A DNA stretch of 63,799 bases, filler included, from Lenisia limosa (lineage: Eukaryota; Protista; Breviatea), in NCBI GenBank assembly GCA_001655205.1. It is 13 parts of 13 records of this genome, joined end to end, with 100 filler letters (N's around TTAATTAATTAA, not from the genome) between each part and the next. Parts side by side here need not be neighbours in the genome. Positions count along the whole stretch, not along the records: positions 12,483 to 15,098 come from LPNZ01004672.1; positions 15,199 to 26,976 come from LPNZ01003343.1; 11 more parts are not named here. One strand, 5' to 3'. Shown here in pieces: positions 12,520 through 25,120 of this stretch. The notes below the pieces were generated by a model. That model was not told where the DNA came from. It ran no database searches and saw nothing but the letters and a program-made list of their open reading frames with translations. The translations under genes were made by a program, and so were the position numbers. How positions within the stretch are numbered: the stretch's first letter is position 1; each line of letters starts with the position of its first letter.

Positions 12520-15090
12520 CGTATACTGTGACGAGTATAAATGCAACAGTGCTGCTCAGCCAATCACACAATGTAAGCCCTTCATCATTCTTAGTTTTCT
12601 GTCTATTTTCATGATTTTTCGTTTTGCATTGTGAATTCCCATTTTACCGCCTCCTCTCTTTAGGTTTTGCAAGCTGTTCAGTATCCTCACAGTGTTCTAC
12701 AAACTATTGGTGCGACCTCTCTCAGGTTTGCACCGGCATCTCTGTTCACAAACTTGGATGCGGATCAAAAAAAAATCCGCGATACACTCCCGACACACTG
12801 TTTAACATTGAGTACTTTTGTTCTCACACTAAACCTGATAAAAATAATACCGTGCAGTAGTATAATGAAGCCTTTGTTGAACATCGATACATTTATATTT
12901 ACCTTTTCTTTTCTTGTTCTCCTGTTGCTTCTTGCTGTTCTTGAAATTGTGCATTGAATGATATGGTTTAGGTTGAGGCGAGATGGTCTGACGATTTCGA
13001 AGTGAAGGGGGTCTGTCTTCCTCAAGCGGAAGAGACTGAGGCATGTGTTTTCGGTACGGGGNNNNNNNNNNNNNNNNNNNNNNNNNNNNNNNNNNNNNNN
13101 NNNNNNNNNNNNNNNNNNNNNNNNNNNNNNNNNNNNNNNNNNNNNNNNNNNNNNNNNNNNNNNNNNNNNNNNNNNNNNNNNNNNNNNNNNNNNNNNNNNN
13201 NNNNNNNNNNNNNNNNNNNNNNNNNNNNNNNNNNNNNNNNNNNNNNNNNNNNNNNNNNNNNNNNNNNNNNNNTTGTGGCGCAGACGCCATCCTTGCGCAA
13301 TGCTGCATCAACGGAACTATTGTGGTAGCGGAGGGCAATTGGGGAACCTGCAACTGCTCCATCCAATGCATGGATCCTGATAACGGTCAGCTGTGAAGCG
13401 GGAATGATGTGGCGTCAAATCATTTGTTTTTATCACAGCAAGCATATTCTTTAGTGTATTACACTCTGGTGTTTCTATTACCGTAAGCCTGTTGAAGGTC
13501 TTCAGCTGGATACTAACACCTTTTCATCATTTTGAGTTGTTGGGGATACTAAAAGAAACAGTATCCTGTTTTGCATCTGATTTGTATTTGATGATCGATT
13601 CCCCAATTTCTATCACCCTTTTTTCCTCCACCTGACACCGCAGGTTGTCGGACCAGTTTAGGACCGCTGGACGAATGCGGGGTCTGCGGCGGCGACAACT
13701 CCACGTGGAAGGGGGATATAGGGAGAAGATTGCATACAATGGTAATTTAATTAACACTGATACCTGCAGGTGCCTGAGTGGTTGTGATAATAAGCCCAAC
13801 AGTGTACTAGTCAATGACCTTTGTGACAACTGTGGCGGAAGGTGAAGAACTTTCATTTTGGTGACCTCTCCTTAAATGACCCTAAATCTAAAGGCCTATG
13901 ATATAAACTATGGCATGTATAAACTATTGCTGTGGTATAGTGAAAGCAATGATTTATGCATGTTTTACATCTTAGATGCAACTCATCCATCTACGACACA
14001 TGTGTGAGCGGTACCTGCGCGTGCAGGGCTGGCTACTACGGAGTCAACTGCGCATCACAATGTCCCCCTTGTTTCGAGGGGGTATGCAACCGCAGCATTG
14101 ACGCAACTGAACAGTATGGGGATGGACTGTGAACAGTCTCTCTGTAAGATCGTTTTTCATTCTAATGATATGTTGAGTGTAGTATTTGATAGGATATTGT
14201 AATTATAATACTACATTCAAAAATTAACCCCTTCTCACTTAACAGGTGCATCTGTACCCATGGCTACTGGGGGGGGCTCTGTGACAAAAAATGTTCGTCC
14301 TTTGGTGGAGTCGTATGTGCAGGCCATGGCACGTGTAATGTGGTGGGTTGGTCACTGCCCTTGTAGACTCCCAAAACTTGGTATTCAATTATAGATATAA
14401 TACATTTAATCAAGCAGAAGATAAAAGCAAACTCATTTCTCTCTTTCAATGGTCCCTTTTTTTTTGTTCAGAACTCCACCAATGAAATACGTGTGTACAA
14501 GGAAGCTTATCAATACAGTTAACAGGGCAGTGCGACTGTTACAGAGGGTGGATGGATGAAACCTGTGCAACTGTTGGGGGGGGGGGGGNNNNNNNNNNNN
14601 NNNNNNNNNNNNNNNNNNNNNNNNNNNNNNNNNNNNNNNNNNNNNNNNNNNNNNNNNNNNNNNNNNNNNNNNNNNNNNNNNNNNNNNNNNNNNNNNNNNN
14701 NNNNNNTAGACGCTCGGCAAAAAGTTTATTTACCCCCCCTCCCCCGCCCACCCTAGGAGTTTCCAGTTTGATCAATTGATTGGTTCATTAATACCTTTAT
14801 TCTGTTCCTTTTTTCACCCTCCCAGAGGGACTGCGAGGCACTCGAGGGGTGCAGTCAATGCGTGACAGTTTCGTGCCAATCGGAGTGCATTGAGGCTCCG
14901 GAGTGTGGCTACTGCTTCCAACTGCAGAGTGGCGGAGGGTTGGGGGGTAATATGGACTACAATACTTGGAACAACTCAACCCTTTATCTACAATGACCTC
15001 AATAAGTCCTGATACATGTAAGGACTTACTGCGGCCAGCGTATCTGTCAAGAGTACTCTTGTCCTGTGCTATCAAAGACTGCCAAGAGTA
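12520..15090 (+). CDS. Cys-rich extracellular/surface protein with EGF/laminin-EGF-like repeats and a DECGVCGGDNSTC-type motif, partial
   Basis: Exons give LDECGVCGGDNST, CDNKPNSVLVNDLCDNCGG, CACRAGYYGVNCASQCPPCFEGVC, CICTHGYWGGSCDKKC..CAGHGTC and GQCDCYRGWMDETC. Confidence 0.8.
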
Positions 15091-15198
15091 CTCTTGTCNN
15101 NNNNNNNNNNNNNNNNNNNNNNNNNNNNNNNNNNNNNNNNNNTTAATTAATTAANNNNNNNNNNNNNNNNNNNNNNNNNNNNNNNNNNNNNNNNNNNN

Positions 15199-18100
15199 CC
15201 CACCACCAAGTTTCCTGAGGTCAGCAATGGCATGGTCCAGAGTGACATCGCGTGCCGGCTGAATGATACTCGGTACTCGAATTCGGTTCCGTTTCAACTG
15301 GAGAACTGAGCCTCGTATGTCGGGCTTCACTTCGATTTGAAAAAGCCCAAAAAATACTTTTTTCGAACCGAAGTGAAGCCCTACTCATATGTTAACCCAT
15401 ATCCACTGTTATGATCGACTTTCGAAATGATAAACCAAGATAAGCGTGAATTATGTTAGTCCAGACGTGTAAAAATGCCCCAAAAGTGATTTTATGCCGT
15501 GCCCTTCCTCCGACTTCACTTTGGTCCAAAAAAAAACTGAATTTCTCGATAATTCCTCGATAAATACCAATCTGACAGGCTCACCTCTTCAGTAGCGCAG
15601 GGAATCCAGGGGAACTTGCCGTCACATCCCGAGTAGGAAGACGATCCTGGGATGTCTACGTTCTCCGGATTGAGGGGCGTAGCGTTTCGCACTGAAAAAA
15701 TGAGAAATGATGAATTGTCTCCAATATCCTATGTACTATTTTGAAATTAAATCCCCTTCAATGTCCTAATATGTACTATTTTGTATCCTAAGGTTCTATT
15801 TGGGCTTCACTTCGGTTCGAAAAAAGACTGATGTCTCTATATATTCTCGAAAACTATCAATATTTTACCTGGTTTTTTGGAACCGAAGTACTTGTGATTG
15901 CTTTTCAACCGCTCACAGTACTGAGGCCCTCCACTGTTGATTCGCATTTGTTTGAAGCGGTCGGAGATGAATCGAGCGGCTTTGGCGCATTTGTCTTTCG
16001 AAGAACAGAACACCAGTACTCCGCCACCCTTGCACACCACTTCGTCAACAAGCACTAAGGAATGAAAAGAATCTGGGGCTGCCAACATCCGAAGTGTTCA
16101 TGATCTCCAGCGGTCCGCCGCACTTCAAGCACTTGACAACCATTTTCGTTCAGAATTCGGGAACCTTCCTAAAGAGGTAAGTCATCCAAAAACAAACTCA
16201 AAAACGGTATTAGTTGACTTTGACGTCGACTTAGGCCAACCAATAAGTTGACTGACAGGGGTACCGGACGAGAAGTTGACACGTAACAAAGCGCATCCAG
16301 CCACGAGGCTATTTCCTGCTTGTCAGAAAGAGAATTACAATAATAAAATCGGCAATCAAAGGTGGAATATATTTATTTTATCCCTAGATTTTGAGCATTC
16401 TTTATCTCAAAAAACCCCATTTTATTACAATAGCTTTTTTGAATTATCTCCCCCCATTGCTAACTTCGATATTTGGCAGTGTAGCGGACATGCCAATGAC
16501 TTGAATAAACTGGGGTTCCAACTCAGGGACTTTGTTGGTCAAGCACGATGGTGGACGGATTACTAAAAACTATGTAAAGATGGCAAGCCCATAACATATG
16601 ATAAAGTCTTCTCAATCGAGAGACACACCGAGGTTGAAAACAACGAAAAAAACAATGCTAAATGATATGCAAAGCCCACCTCCACCCTCCCCGGCAAGAC
16701 GTTGAAAGAACAAGATTTTGGAAAGTAACAGTTCGAGGAGATAACCTCGATCTTTGTCACCTGAAACCATCAGTTGCCTCAACATTCGTTTAAACCACAA
16801 ATTATACTTTATTGAACTTCTTCGTTCAAAAATATACGTGTATAGCTGTTCAACAAACACATCATTACCGACACATCATTACCGTATTTAGCTGTTCAAC
16901 AAACCAATCATATGCAACTCATCGACGACGACAAGGCCGATTTGGCTGATACTGCCATCCATGATAGACCGAAACATCAGACTGAAGTGTCAAATTCCGG
17001 GATTATACATATTTTGATACCATGAATAACCACACAGAGCACTTTAGTTAGCACATTCTTACATTTGTTGCATTGATAGATGTTCATTTAATTCCCAACC
17101 TGTTAGCCTTTTCAATTGTACACACCGCGACCATGCTTCCTTCACTTGGAAGACTCCCCTGAACAGTAAAATAGCACTCCGACCGGTACCAACTCCTTTT
17201 ACGCCACAAAACGCTTTAACGGTTACGTCATGTTCGCTGTTTTGCAGTAAATCCTGGAGCCATTCCACCTGTATAGTTGTCAGAAAAAGAACAGTTATGC
17301 ATATGAATCTGAAAAACTCGAAACAATGGGATTTTTTGTTTTTGATAGCTAGGAGGAAAGAACAACAACCCCATTTTCCTATTTACGAATCACAGCCCAT
17401 GTTGGATTTTTTTAGACAAACTAATACTTTCAAGCAGAAGATGAAGTAATGTGAGCATTTTTCGACTATTTCAATGTTGCTGGTGATGATTCAATATTAT
17501 TGTAAAACTAATCTTAAAAGGGGCAGCAAAAAACCAGGATGAAGACAAATAAATGGGAAGAACATCTAATAACTCAAGAGGCATATTATACAGTGAAGTG
17601 TATTGAAAGAAAGCCCTAATCAAATGTCCTTCGTTTTGCTACCATACCTTCTCCTCAACAAGGGACACAAAAGGTACAATAAAGAGGACATGCTGCTTCC
17701 GTGCAGTCAATGTGAGGATCGTGAGAATTTCTGCCACTTGACTGTGAAAGACAATTGTTTCTTGACTTACCCAGTGTTTTTCCTCCTGAAGTGGGAGCAC
17801 CATAAACCAAGGATTTCAAAGACCCATTGTCTTGTGGCGATTTACTTTGAATCGGTTGCATTACTCCCGGGAGTCCTGTGAGCGTGAAATAGACTGATGA
17901 AATGAGAATATAATGCCAAGGAAACACTCAATTATAGAAGTGGTGGTGGTTACATTGACTCTTAAAAAAAGCAGGCAGATGTTTTGAAATATACATATAA
18001 TATCATCTACTACATCCAATAATTGGACAATGAGCTCAAATTCACAAGGCTCCTTGATGTTCCAAAAAGGCAAATTGCTTGATAAATCTTCGAAAAGAAC

Positions 18101-18263
18101 AGTAATACACTAGTCTTTTTCTCACTATTAACAACCCAAGCATACTTAGACAATGTGCTTGCCATTCGTAAAGTTTGAAAACGCCTTTTTCGATGTATGC
18201 CTCGACAACATGATTGGGGAGTCCAAAAGTCGAAATGTGAAATGGGGAAACTGGTTTGGCGGA
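15199..18263 (-). CDS. HELQ: HELQ/POLQ-type (Hel308-like) SF2 DNA helicase core, 3' end truncated by the scaffold edge
   Basis: Spliced motifs in order: FGLPNHVVEAYIEKGVFKLYEWQAHCL, LVYGAPTSGGKTLVAEIL, VLFIVPFVSLVEEK, VAVCTIEKAN, LVVVDELHMI, DRGYLLELLLSKI, QVIGMSATLPN, RPVPL, VLVFCSSKDKC. PTSGGKT favours HELQ over POLQ, but POLQ cannot be excluded. Confidence 0.85.
15320..15383. mobile_element. MITE family A, internally deleted copy
   Basis: Both TIRs joined by a short core; TSD ctcgtatg/ctcatatg. Confidence 0.8.
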
Positions 18264-18399
18264 CTAAAAGTGTCAGCAACAAGTGGAAAAGAACTTCGTG
18301 TATTTTCTTATAGCCCATTTTTATGAGCTCTTGTGAAGCTTATCAGCAACTCTTTGTAACCACAAAATTCTTCAATTTAATGTGAATCCAATAAAGGCT

Positions 18400-20990
18400 A
18401 TTTTCCAATTCAAGGCCAGACTTTTCTCGCTCGGTACCCTTCTCCTACAAAACAAAAGAAGTAGCATACCAATTCTTCGGGCTGTGACACAGCAGGTTTG
18501 GGACTTTGTTGACTTGAAGCTACCTGGTTTGGCTGGCTACCATTGTACTGAGCAAAGTGGGAGCCTTCGGGGTGAGGAAATGGAAATCTTCGAAAGAAGC
18601 ACATTTTGGGACAATAAGACCAAGAAAGTATGAAGATAGTGGAGTGTTTCTTGCAACTCACCTGGGGTTTTTTTTACAATTAATTCAGGAAGAACAATAC
18701 TAATACTACACAACTCACCTGGTTCTGAGCTGGGCTGTGGGGAGCTCAGAAAAGAATTTGTTGAAGCAATAGACGGCGTGTTGGCCTGTAATGTAAGGAG
18801 AAAACCAGGGCTGGGAATGAAAATGCCTATTATCACTATCAAACAGTTAGGAACCAATGAGAGGTGGGNNNNNNNNNNNNNNNNNNNNNNNNNNNNNNNN
18901 NNNNNNNNNNNNNNNNNNNNNNNNNNNNNNNNNNNNNNNNNNNNNNNNNNNNNNNNNNNNNNNNNNNNNNNNNCCATGGGAGGAGTACGTCTTTGTAGCA
19001 GCCTAAAAATGAGACGTTCTCGGGAACAAAGAAAAAATATTTATTAAAAAGCAACTCCATTCTCAGATAACATTTTATACCCTTGGAGCCCTATTTTGCC
19101 GACTAACCGTTTTCTGTGGGCCCTCATTGAACATGGCCAAAGCTTTGGCAACGTCATCATCATTCGGCACTTCGGAAGCTGCGGAATGTTATTGGCGGTT
19201 TCGCTTTGCTACAAAAAGGACACATTTCGATACACAAAAATCTTGAAATTTTATTGGTCTTTTTTGAACGTTATGAAGCCCTAGTTAAAACATACAAATG
19301 TCATTTAAACATACAGTGACTGGGATAAGTCTTGACCGATTGCTAGATGAATTCTCTCAAGGAAAATGAGTCAAGACTTATCCTGGTCACTGGAAAACAC
19401 AAGACTCTTCAAATACCAGTGCCCAATATACATCTCAAGATAAGAGGCGACTGGTTTGTTAGATGTCTATTTGGAGGTTCCATGGGTTTCATGGGCGAAG
19501 GCTCCATTGGAGGTTGCCCCTAATCTCAATAAAAACGTTTTAAATCAATAAATGAAGTAAACTTTGATGTTTGCAAAGAATTTTAGCAATGTTTAGTGTT
19601 GATTGAATATCAAAATGGAATTATGTGTCTTTGGAAGCCTCATTCCCCCATACTTGCATTGGGGATACGATGCCTCGAGACGGATCACTCCTGACCACTT
19701 GGGGCTAAACTTTTTGAGAACAAGAATTCAAATGTATCAATTAGGGGCTCAAAGGTGATCCCAATCAGGGAAGTGTTACTGTTTTTGAGAAAAAGGAAAT
19801 CATGCAAAATAAAATAGAGATGAAAAATGAAAAGAAGTTGAAATAAAATACAAATCAATACAGTGAGATACGACAATGGTATTGATACCCCATTCTGGTC
19901 AAATGTGCATCAATCCTGGATCTAATTATGCTATTGTGTAGCAGACGACATTGAAAAAGAAAAAACCAAAAGCTCGATGATATAATAGGCCTATTAAGAT
20001 ATTGGATCCCCAAATTATGATATTTAGAGAGCACTAGGGCTTCATTTCGGTTCGAAAAAGACCTATAAAATCTCGAGAGTTTTCGAGGATTTATCGAGAA
20101 ATTCAGAACCGAAGTGAAGCCCTTGGAAGTACATTGTCTCAATCGATGCACTTCCAATGTGAGGAATGTGTTTGACGTTTTGTTTTTAACAATCGTTGTC
20201 TTATGATAACTTTATCCTTTCAAAAATCCCGCAAACCTGGAAAACAGGAGCTTGGCCTTGGGTCTTAAAGGGGGTTGCCTGAGGAGATCAAATGAACAAT
20301 GCATTAGCATTTGAAAGGAGAGCAAAATACCGTTAACCTGGCACCACCTACAAACCTGTGTTATAGCGTTTTGAGGAGGCTGGGTGATAGGCATGCCATA
20401 GCCCTGTAAATGATTTCGTGCTGGCATATTGTAAGGTTGACTCAGATCTGTAATGTTATTGATACTAAAGCCCTTACTCTGGTTACTTTGTGATGGTTGT
20501 GACACATAGGGATGGAAGTTATTGACTTGGGGAGGAGACACCGTTGATGACACTCTAGGAAGCTATAGTGGTTATCAACGTCATCTTACAAACAAACAGC
20601 ATACCTTATTCAACATCCCGGACCTTTTCAATTGGCTATTGGTTTGCATGTGAATAGGAGGGTGTGAGGGCTGTGAGCCATCTTGGCTGGTTACAGCCTT
20701 GCACTTCAGCATTCTTACTTCCAACGCTGGGTTTGTTGACCCTGACCAGGCTTCAAGTGATTGACGCTGACACGGGTTCCGTCATGCTGTCAACAAGCCC
20801 TTACTGAAGCCTTGACTGAAGATATTGTCGAAGTGGGAGTGGGGGAAGGGGGGAGACACAGGACAACAGACAACAGACGTGCTGATTTGTGTTTGTCTGC
20901 GTGGTATAGTCTGGGTATAGTTGGTGGTTGTTTGAGTCAAGGTCAAGATTGAGTCAAGATTGAGTTGTGTTGGGTGTTGCAGCATTGCAG
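18400..20990 (-). CDS. Low-complexity Ser/Pro/Gln-rich exons, probably the N-terminal extension of the helicase
   Basis: Same-strand exons such as SEVPNDDDVAKALAMFNEGPQKT and PYVSQPSQSNQSKGFSINNITDLSQPYNMPARNH. Linkage to HELQ is inferred from position only. Confidence 0.4.
19314..19392. mobile_element. MITE family C
   Basis: TA CAGTGACTGGGATAAGTCTTGACC...GTCAAGACTTATCCTGGTCACTG. Confidence 0.85.
20035..20124. mobile_element. MITE family A
   Basis: TAGGGCTTCATTTCGGTTCGAAAA...GAACCGAAGTGAAGCCCTT. Confidence 0.8.
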
Positions 20991-21194
20991 TTGTCAAACA
21001 AAGGACAAGTACCAAAAATATATCCATCCAAGGATATAAAAATGAAACAAAGAAACCTTGAGAAACCAATTTAGAGCCCTTACATTGTATCAGTGTGTTT
21101 AATTTTATAATAGATAGCACAAAGAAGCACAAAAGCGTTATTATTTTTTTTAGTGAAGTTATGTTTTGACTATTCTGTTGATTAGAACTCAGTA

Positions 21195-24100
21195 ATGTCA
21201 CAGCTACACCTTAATAGTAACGTTGCTAATCGCAATAAGGTGAGATATTCCCTTTCTTTGCGAATAACTGTCTCTTCAGATTGTTGTTTCTAACTCACCC
21301 ATTCTCCCTGACCGCACCTTCTCTGATGAATTCAACTCCCCACTCCATTCAGTCAGAGCCGTTCGTGCCCAGAAGTACACCCCCTCCCATCCTTCTGAAG
21401 GTAAGATCAAACGATATGATAACGGGCAATAACAGTTACACGCTGATTATGGGAGCGGGTGGGAATAAACTTTTCCCTTTTTACATTTGATTTAGCGGTC
21501 AACACGGTATACAACTGGGCGTCAGGGCAACCCTCCAAGGTTTTCGTGTCCACACCTCTTGTGACCAAAGAACAGTCCAAGGCCCCCGTTTATCTTGACG
21601 CTGAGAACGTTGACCAGGAATGGGTATGACGAGTTCTTTGGGTGGTATTCGCTGATAATATCCAGGGTGTTCCCAGAGAAACACAAACGGAATCATTGAA
21701 CGCGTCTCACCGCCAAGTGGAAAGAGGACAGAAGATACAGCAGTTCCAGAAGGTAGACAGTGACTTGGTCTGGTTCTGATAACACTATTTAGACCGTCCG
21801 TGATCGAGTAAACGATCAAGCACAAATCAAAAAGATGCAGCAAGAAGCGAAAAATCAATATTTTGTAGGCTAAGCAGCAGTCTTCTCTTTTTATTAATAT
21901 GGAGTATTGAGAAATGAAGCATGAGAATCGGCATATATTATATCATCGTTCTGCACCTTCAATGGGTGTCTAGATTGCTCACAGGATAGGAGGAGAAATC
22001 TCGAAAAGTGATCCAACAAGCTCTGGCTCTCCATACGGCAGCCGGAGGCTCTGGTGGAGACTTGGCGCAAATGGCAGCTAACACCTGTGAAGAGGTTGGC
22101 TCACTGCGGTGATAAAATCGCATGATGTCATAGTAGTTAGAAATGAGAAACTAAACATGGTGATATCGTTGGCAACTCATCAACACAGGCAATTAGCCAA
22201 GCCAAGAGTGTTCGACTTGGTCTCCTTAGTCACTCAAATCAAACGGCTGGTGAAATGTCTGTCGGGTGGATATTGTAGTAGCACCTCGATACCAAAAAAC
22301 AATCGTTTAAAAAAAAAAAAATTTTTTTTTAATCATATAAGAAATGAATATCTTATATGATCTTCAAAGAAGGCTGAAACATTTTCATGTTGAAATAACG
22401 CTAAAAAGCCTTGTCCCTTTCAAGGTTATCATTATCAGGAGATGTTATTCCAGTTGAGGAAGAAGCCCAGGCGTCTATTGTTATATAACGTTTCTTTTGC
22501 TATTAATCTGAAATAGTTGGGGGAGCTTATTAATCTGAAATAGTTGGGGGAGGCTTTTTATTTTGACAGGGATTTGGCGGAGGTTCTCATGATCTCTATG
22601 ATTCTAGTTTCAATAGAGACTTTGCTGCAAAAAATATCTTATTTACCTTAGGGATGGATCCGAGTCTGCCTCGAATGCGATTTCGAGCGTCCAGTCGCAC
22701 TTTGAGGAGGTCACACTCACTAAAGCTGATGTATGTTGGGCTATCACAGCATGTTGCTGGAAGCGATAGCGTTGCTAGAATAAAGGCAATTATAATCGCA
22801 ATAATTACGTTCTTTGTAAAAAATAAAGTAAATCATATACCTAGTAATAACGAAGATCAAACGTCTTTGAGCGGAATAAATTGTGGTACTCAACTTTATT
22901 TTCACTTTTTTAGGCCCAGCGCTTGTTTGCAGCGCATAGAAAGGTTAGTACTGATAATATCATAGCAATGGTAGTTCTTTTGTTTATGAAGGTGGATTGA
23001 TGATGGTATCATCCCCCTTACCTTTTGGTGATAAGTAATATCAATGCAATTACAATGCATAGGTTGAAATGCAGCTTGAAAGACAAAGGGTTCGTTCTAA
23101 AGAGGAAGCAGCCAGGAACTTAACCCGAGCTACCAAGTTGGGCAGGATTGTATTTATGACGCGCTTTGTTCGTATCTCCCTTTTATCCCATCCCCTAAGG
23201 ACGTGGGCTTCACTTCGGTCCGAAAAAGATCGGTAAACTTTCGATATACAGTGACCACGATAAGTCTTGACCTATTTTCCTTGGGAAATCACATCCCGTC
23301 ACTGGATATCGACAATATATCGAGTAATACAGACATTTTCTGGATCGGAGTGAAGCACTAACAAGGACCCGTAGTCTACAAACTTTCATTGCATTGAGTT
23401 ATGCGAACGTTCTATTGTCTTTCTATTGTCCTTCTCCTACATTGCGGTGGTGTTTTTTCTTTGTATTTTTGGAGGCCAAGCAACAGAATTGGTGACTTAT
23501 TATTAAGCTATATCATGCTATAAATGTCACATACTTCATTCATAGCTACAATTACCCGAGGTGTTATTCTGCAAGGCCATATTTGTTTGTGGTTCAATCG
23601 TATCGTAATCCCCAGGTTGAAGCGCCAAGCCCTTCGCTCCGAGCAGCTGAAGCATGAGAGGGAAGTTGCGGCAGCGGAGAAAGCCAGGCAAATTGAAGAA
23701 AGGAAGCAGAGGGAAGAGACTGAAAGAAGGGAGGCTTTGTTAGCCGGTAAGCTCTCCTGCTATTGTGTGATTTTTGTCTGGGATTGGGTGTGGCAATAGC
23801 TTTTGGTCTGGGTTTTGTTTGCTTCGTTGTTTTTAATCCTGGGGGAGGGGGTATCAATTTGAATATTTTACCCCCCCCCCCCTCTCCCGTTGGTTCGTAA
23901 GTGACATTTAATGTATCGGAGAGTTTTGTTTCTCTATTTTGTTTTCCCAATCAACGGTATTTCACCCCCCCCCCAGCACCTCGAATCGAAGCCGCCCGAC
24001 AAATGGCTCGAGCAGCCGAAAATGAGAGGTGAGGGCCCGAATTTAAAAATCTCTCAGGCTTCACTTCGGTTCGGGAAAATATCGATAGTTTTCGAGGATT

Positions 24101-24881
24101 TATCGAGGAATTTAGTCTTTTTTTGAACCGAAGTGAACCCCTAAACACTGGAAAACAGAGACCCTTTTTTAGAGCCTATTTATCCCAACAGATACCTTGC
24201 CGCTATGAGGCAAAAGTTGCTCAGCCGGGTACAAGGTGCAGACATTCAAGTATGTCGGAGGCTCTTCTATTTTGGCGGACTGTAAAGCTAGCGGATTGTT
24301 GTCACGTGTTCCATTTTTGATACCATGGCTCTCATATGCTGTTTTGCTTTTAACACCAAGGTGCCCTTATTTGTCTGTTGTGGTTGTTTTTATTACCACG
24401 CTTCCTCCATTGTTGTTATTATTTTTAACACCAAGGTGCCCCCCATTTGCCCATGCTCGGACGAACCCTTGATGCATGACCCCCAGGAGGTCGGTAATGG
24501 GCAGTATGATTGTGATTGTCTTGTGATACTATTTGTGGGGCAATATTACATACCCGTAGAGTACGCTGTATGATATTAAACCACCTTAAGCCCCAACAAA
24601 TATATTAAAAGTTCGTTAAGAATACCTATCCAATTGCTTTTAAAGGTGGGGTTAATTCTGACCTTCCCATCAATATTGTAGCAAAGGCTTCTCCCAACCA
24701 AGTAGCAATGCCTCACATACACTCGTACACTCAACGATACCTCCTTAACTTCGATCCCCCCCTCCTCGAAATTTTGAACCCACTGATTAAAATTTAGTGT
24801 GCGCCAAACTGCCCCGTGAAACTCGTACCAGGGGCCTATGTCAAGCTACTAGCTTCCCTAATCAACGAGTATTCCCTTTAG
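21195..24881 (+). CDS. CCDC15: CCDC15-like coiled-coil centriolar protein, apparently complete
   Basis: The N-terminal segment KIQQFQKTVRDRVNDQAQIKKMQQ and the C-terminal RYLAAMRQKLL..VPPICPCSDEPLMHDPQECAPNCPVKLVPGAYVKLLASLIN* resemble the two conserved blocks I recall from human CCDC15 (HFQKQVKYRVNQQ; RYVEALR..LPPLCCCG..HPDTCANNC..AYTRAL). ATG at 21195, TAG at 24879-24881. Confidence 0.7.
23203..23360. mobile_element. MITE family A carrying a nested family C copy (23249-23304)
   Basis: Family A TIRs at both ends with TA-CAGTGACC...GTCACTG inside the A core; intron of the CCDC15-like gene. Confidence 0.8.
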
Positions 24882-25120
24882 CTCTGTTTCTCGTCTATGT
24901 TTCTATTGGTCTATAAGGTTTGTGCAATAATGTATCTCTGGTATTATGTTAAATTCAATATGGAATATGAGCATCCAATGAAACTAAAAATACACCACAT
25001 TCATTACAAAAAAATAAAACTTAGAATACCTATGAAGAAGAACCACCAACCTAAAACTGTGAGGGGGGGAGGCAACTCTAATGGCAAAACATTGGAAAAC
25101 TGCTTGACACCGCTCACAAT

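Noticed and set aside
15046-15098. Repeated palindrome CAAGAGTACTCTTG
   Set aside because: It lies at the scaffold end inside a Cys-rich exon (CQEYSC), so it is most likely a coding repeat or an end-of-contig artefact.
17880-17960. Apparent non-canonical GC donor after IIECFL in the helicase gene
   Set aside because: A better exon (LYEWQAHCL) with a canonical gtatgc donor at ~18145 splices in phase to LPGVM, so this stretch is intron.
15199-18263. Calling the helicase DNA polymerase theta
   Set aside because: No polymerase domain is visible because the scaffold ends, and motif I (PTSGGKTLVAEIL) is closer to HELQ. Left as HELQ/POLQ-type.
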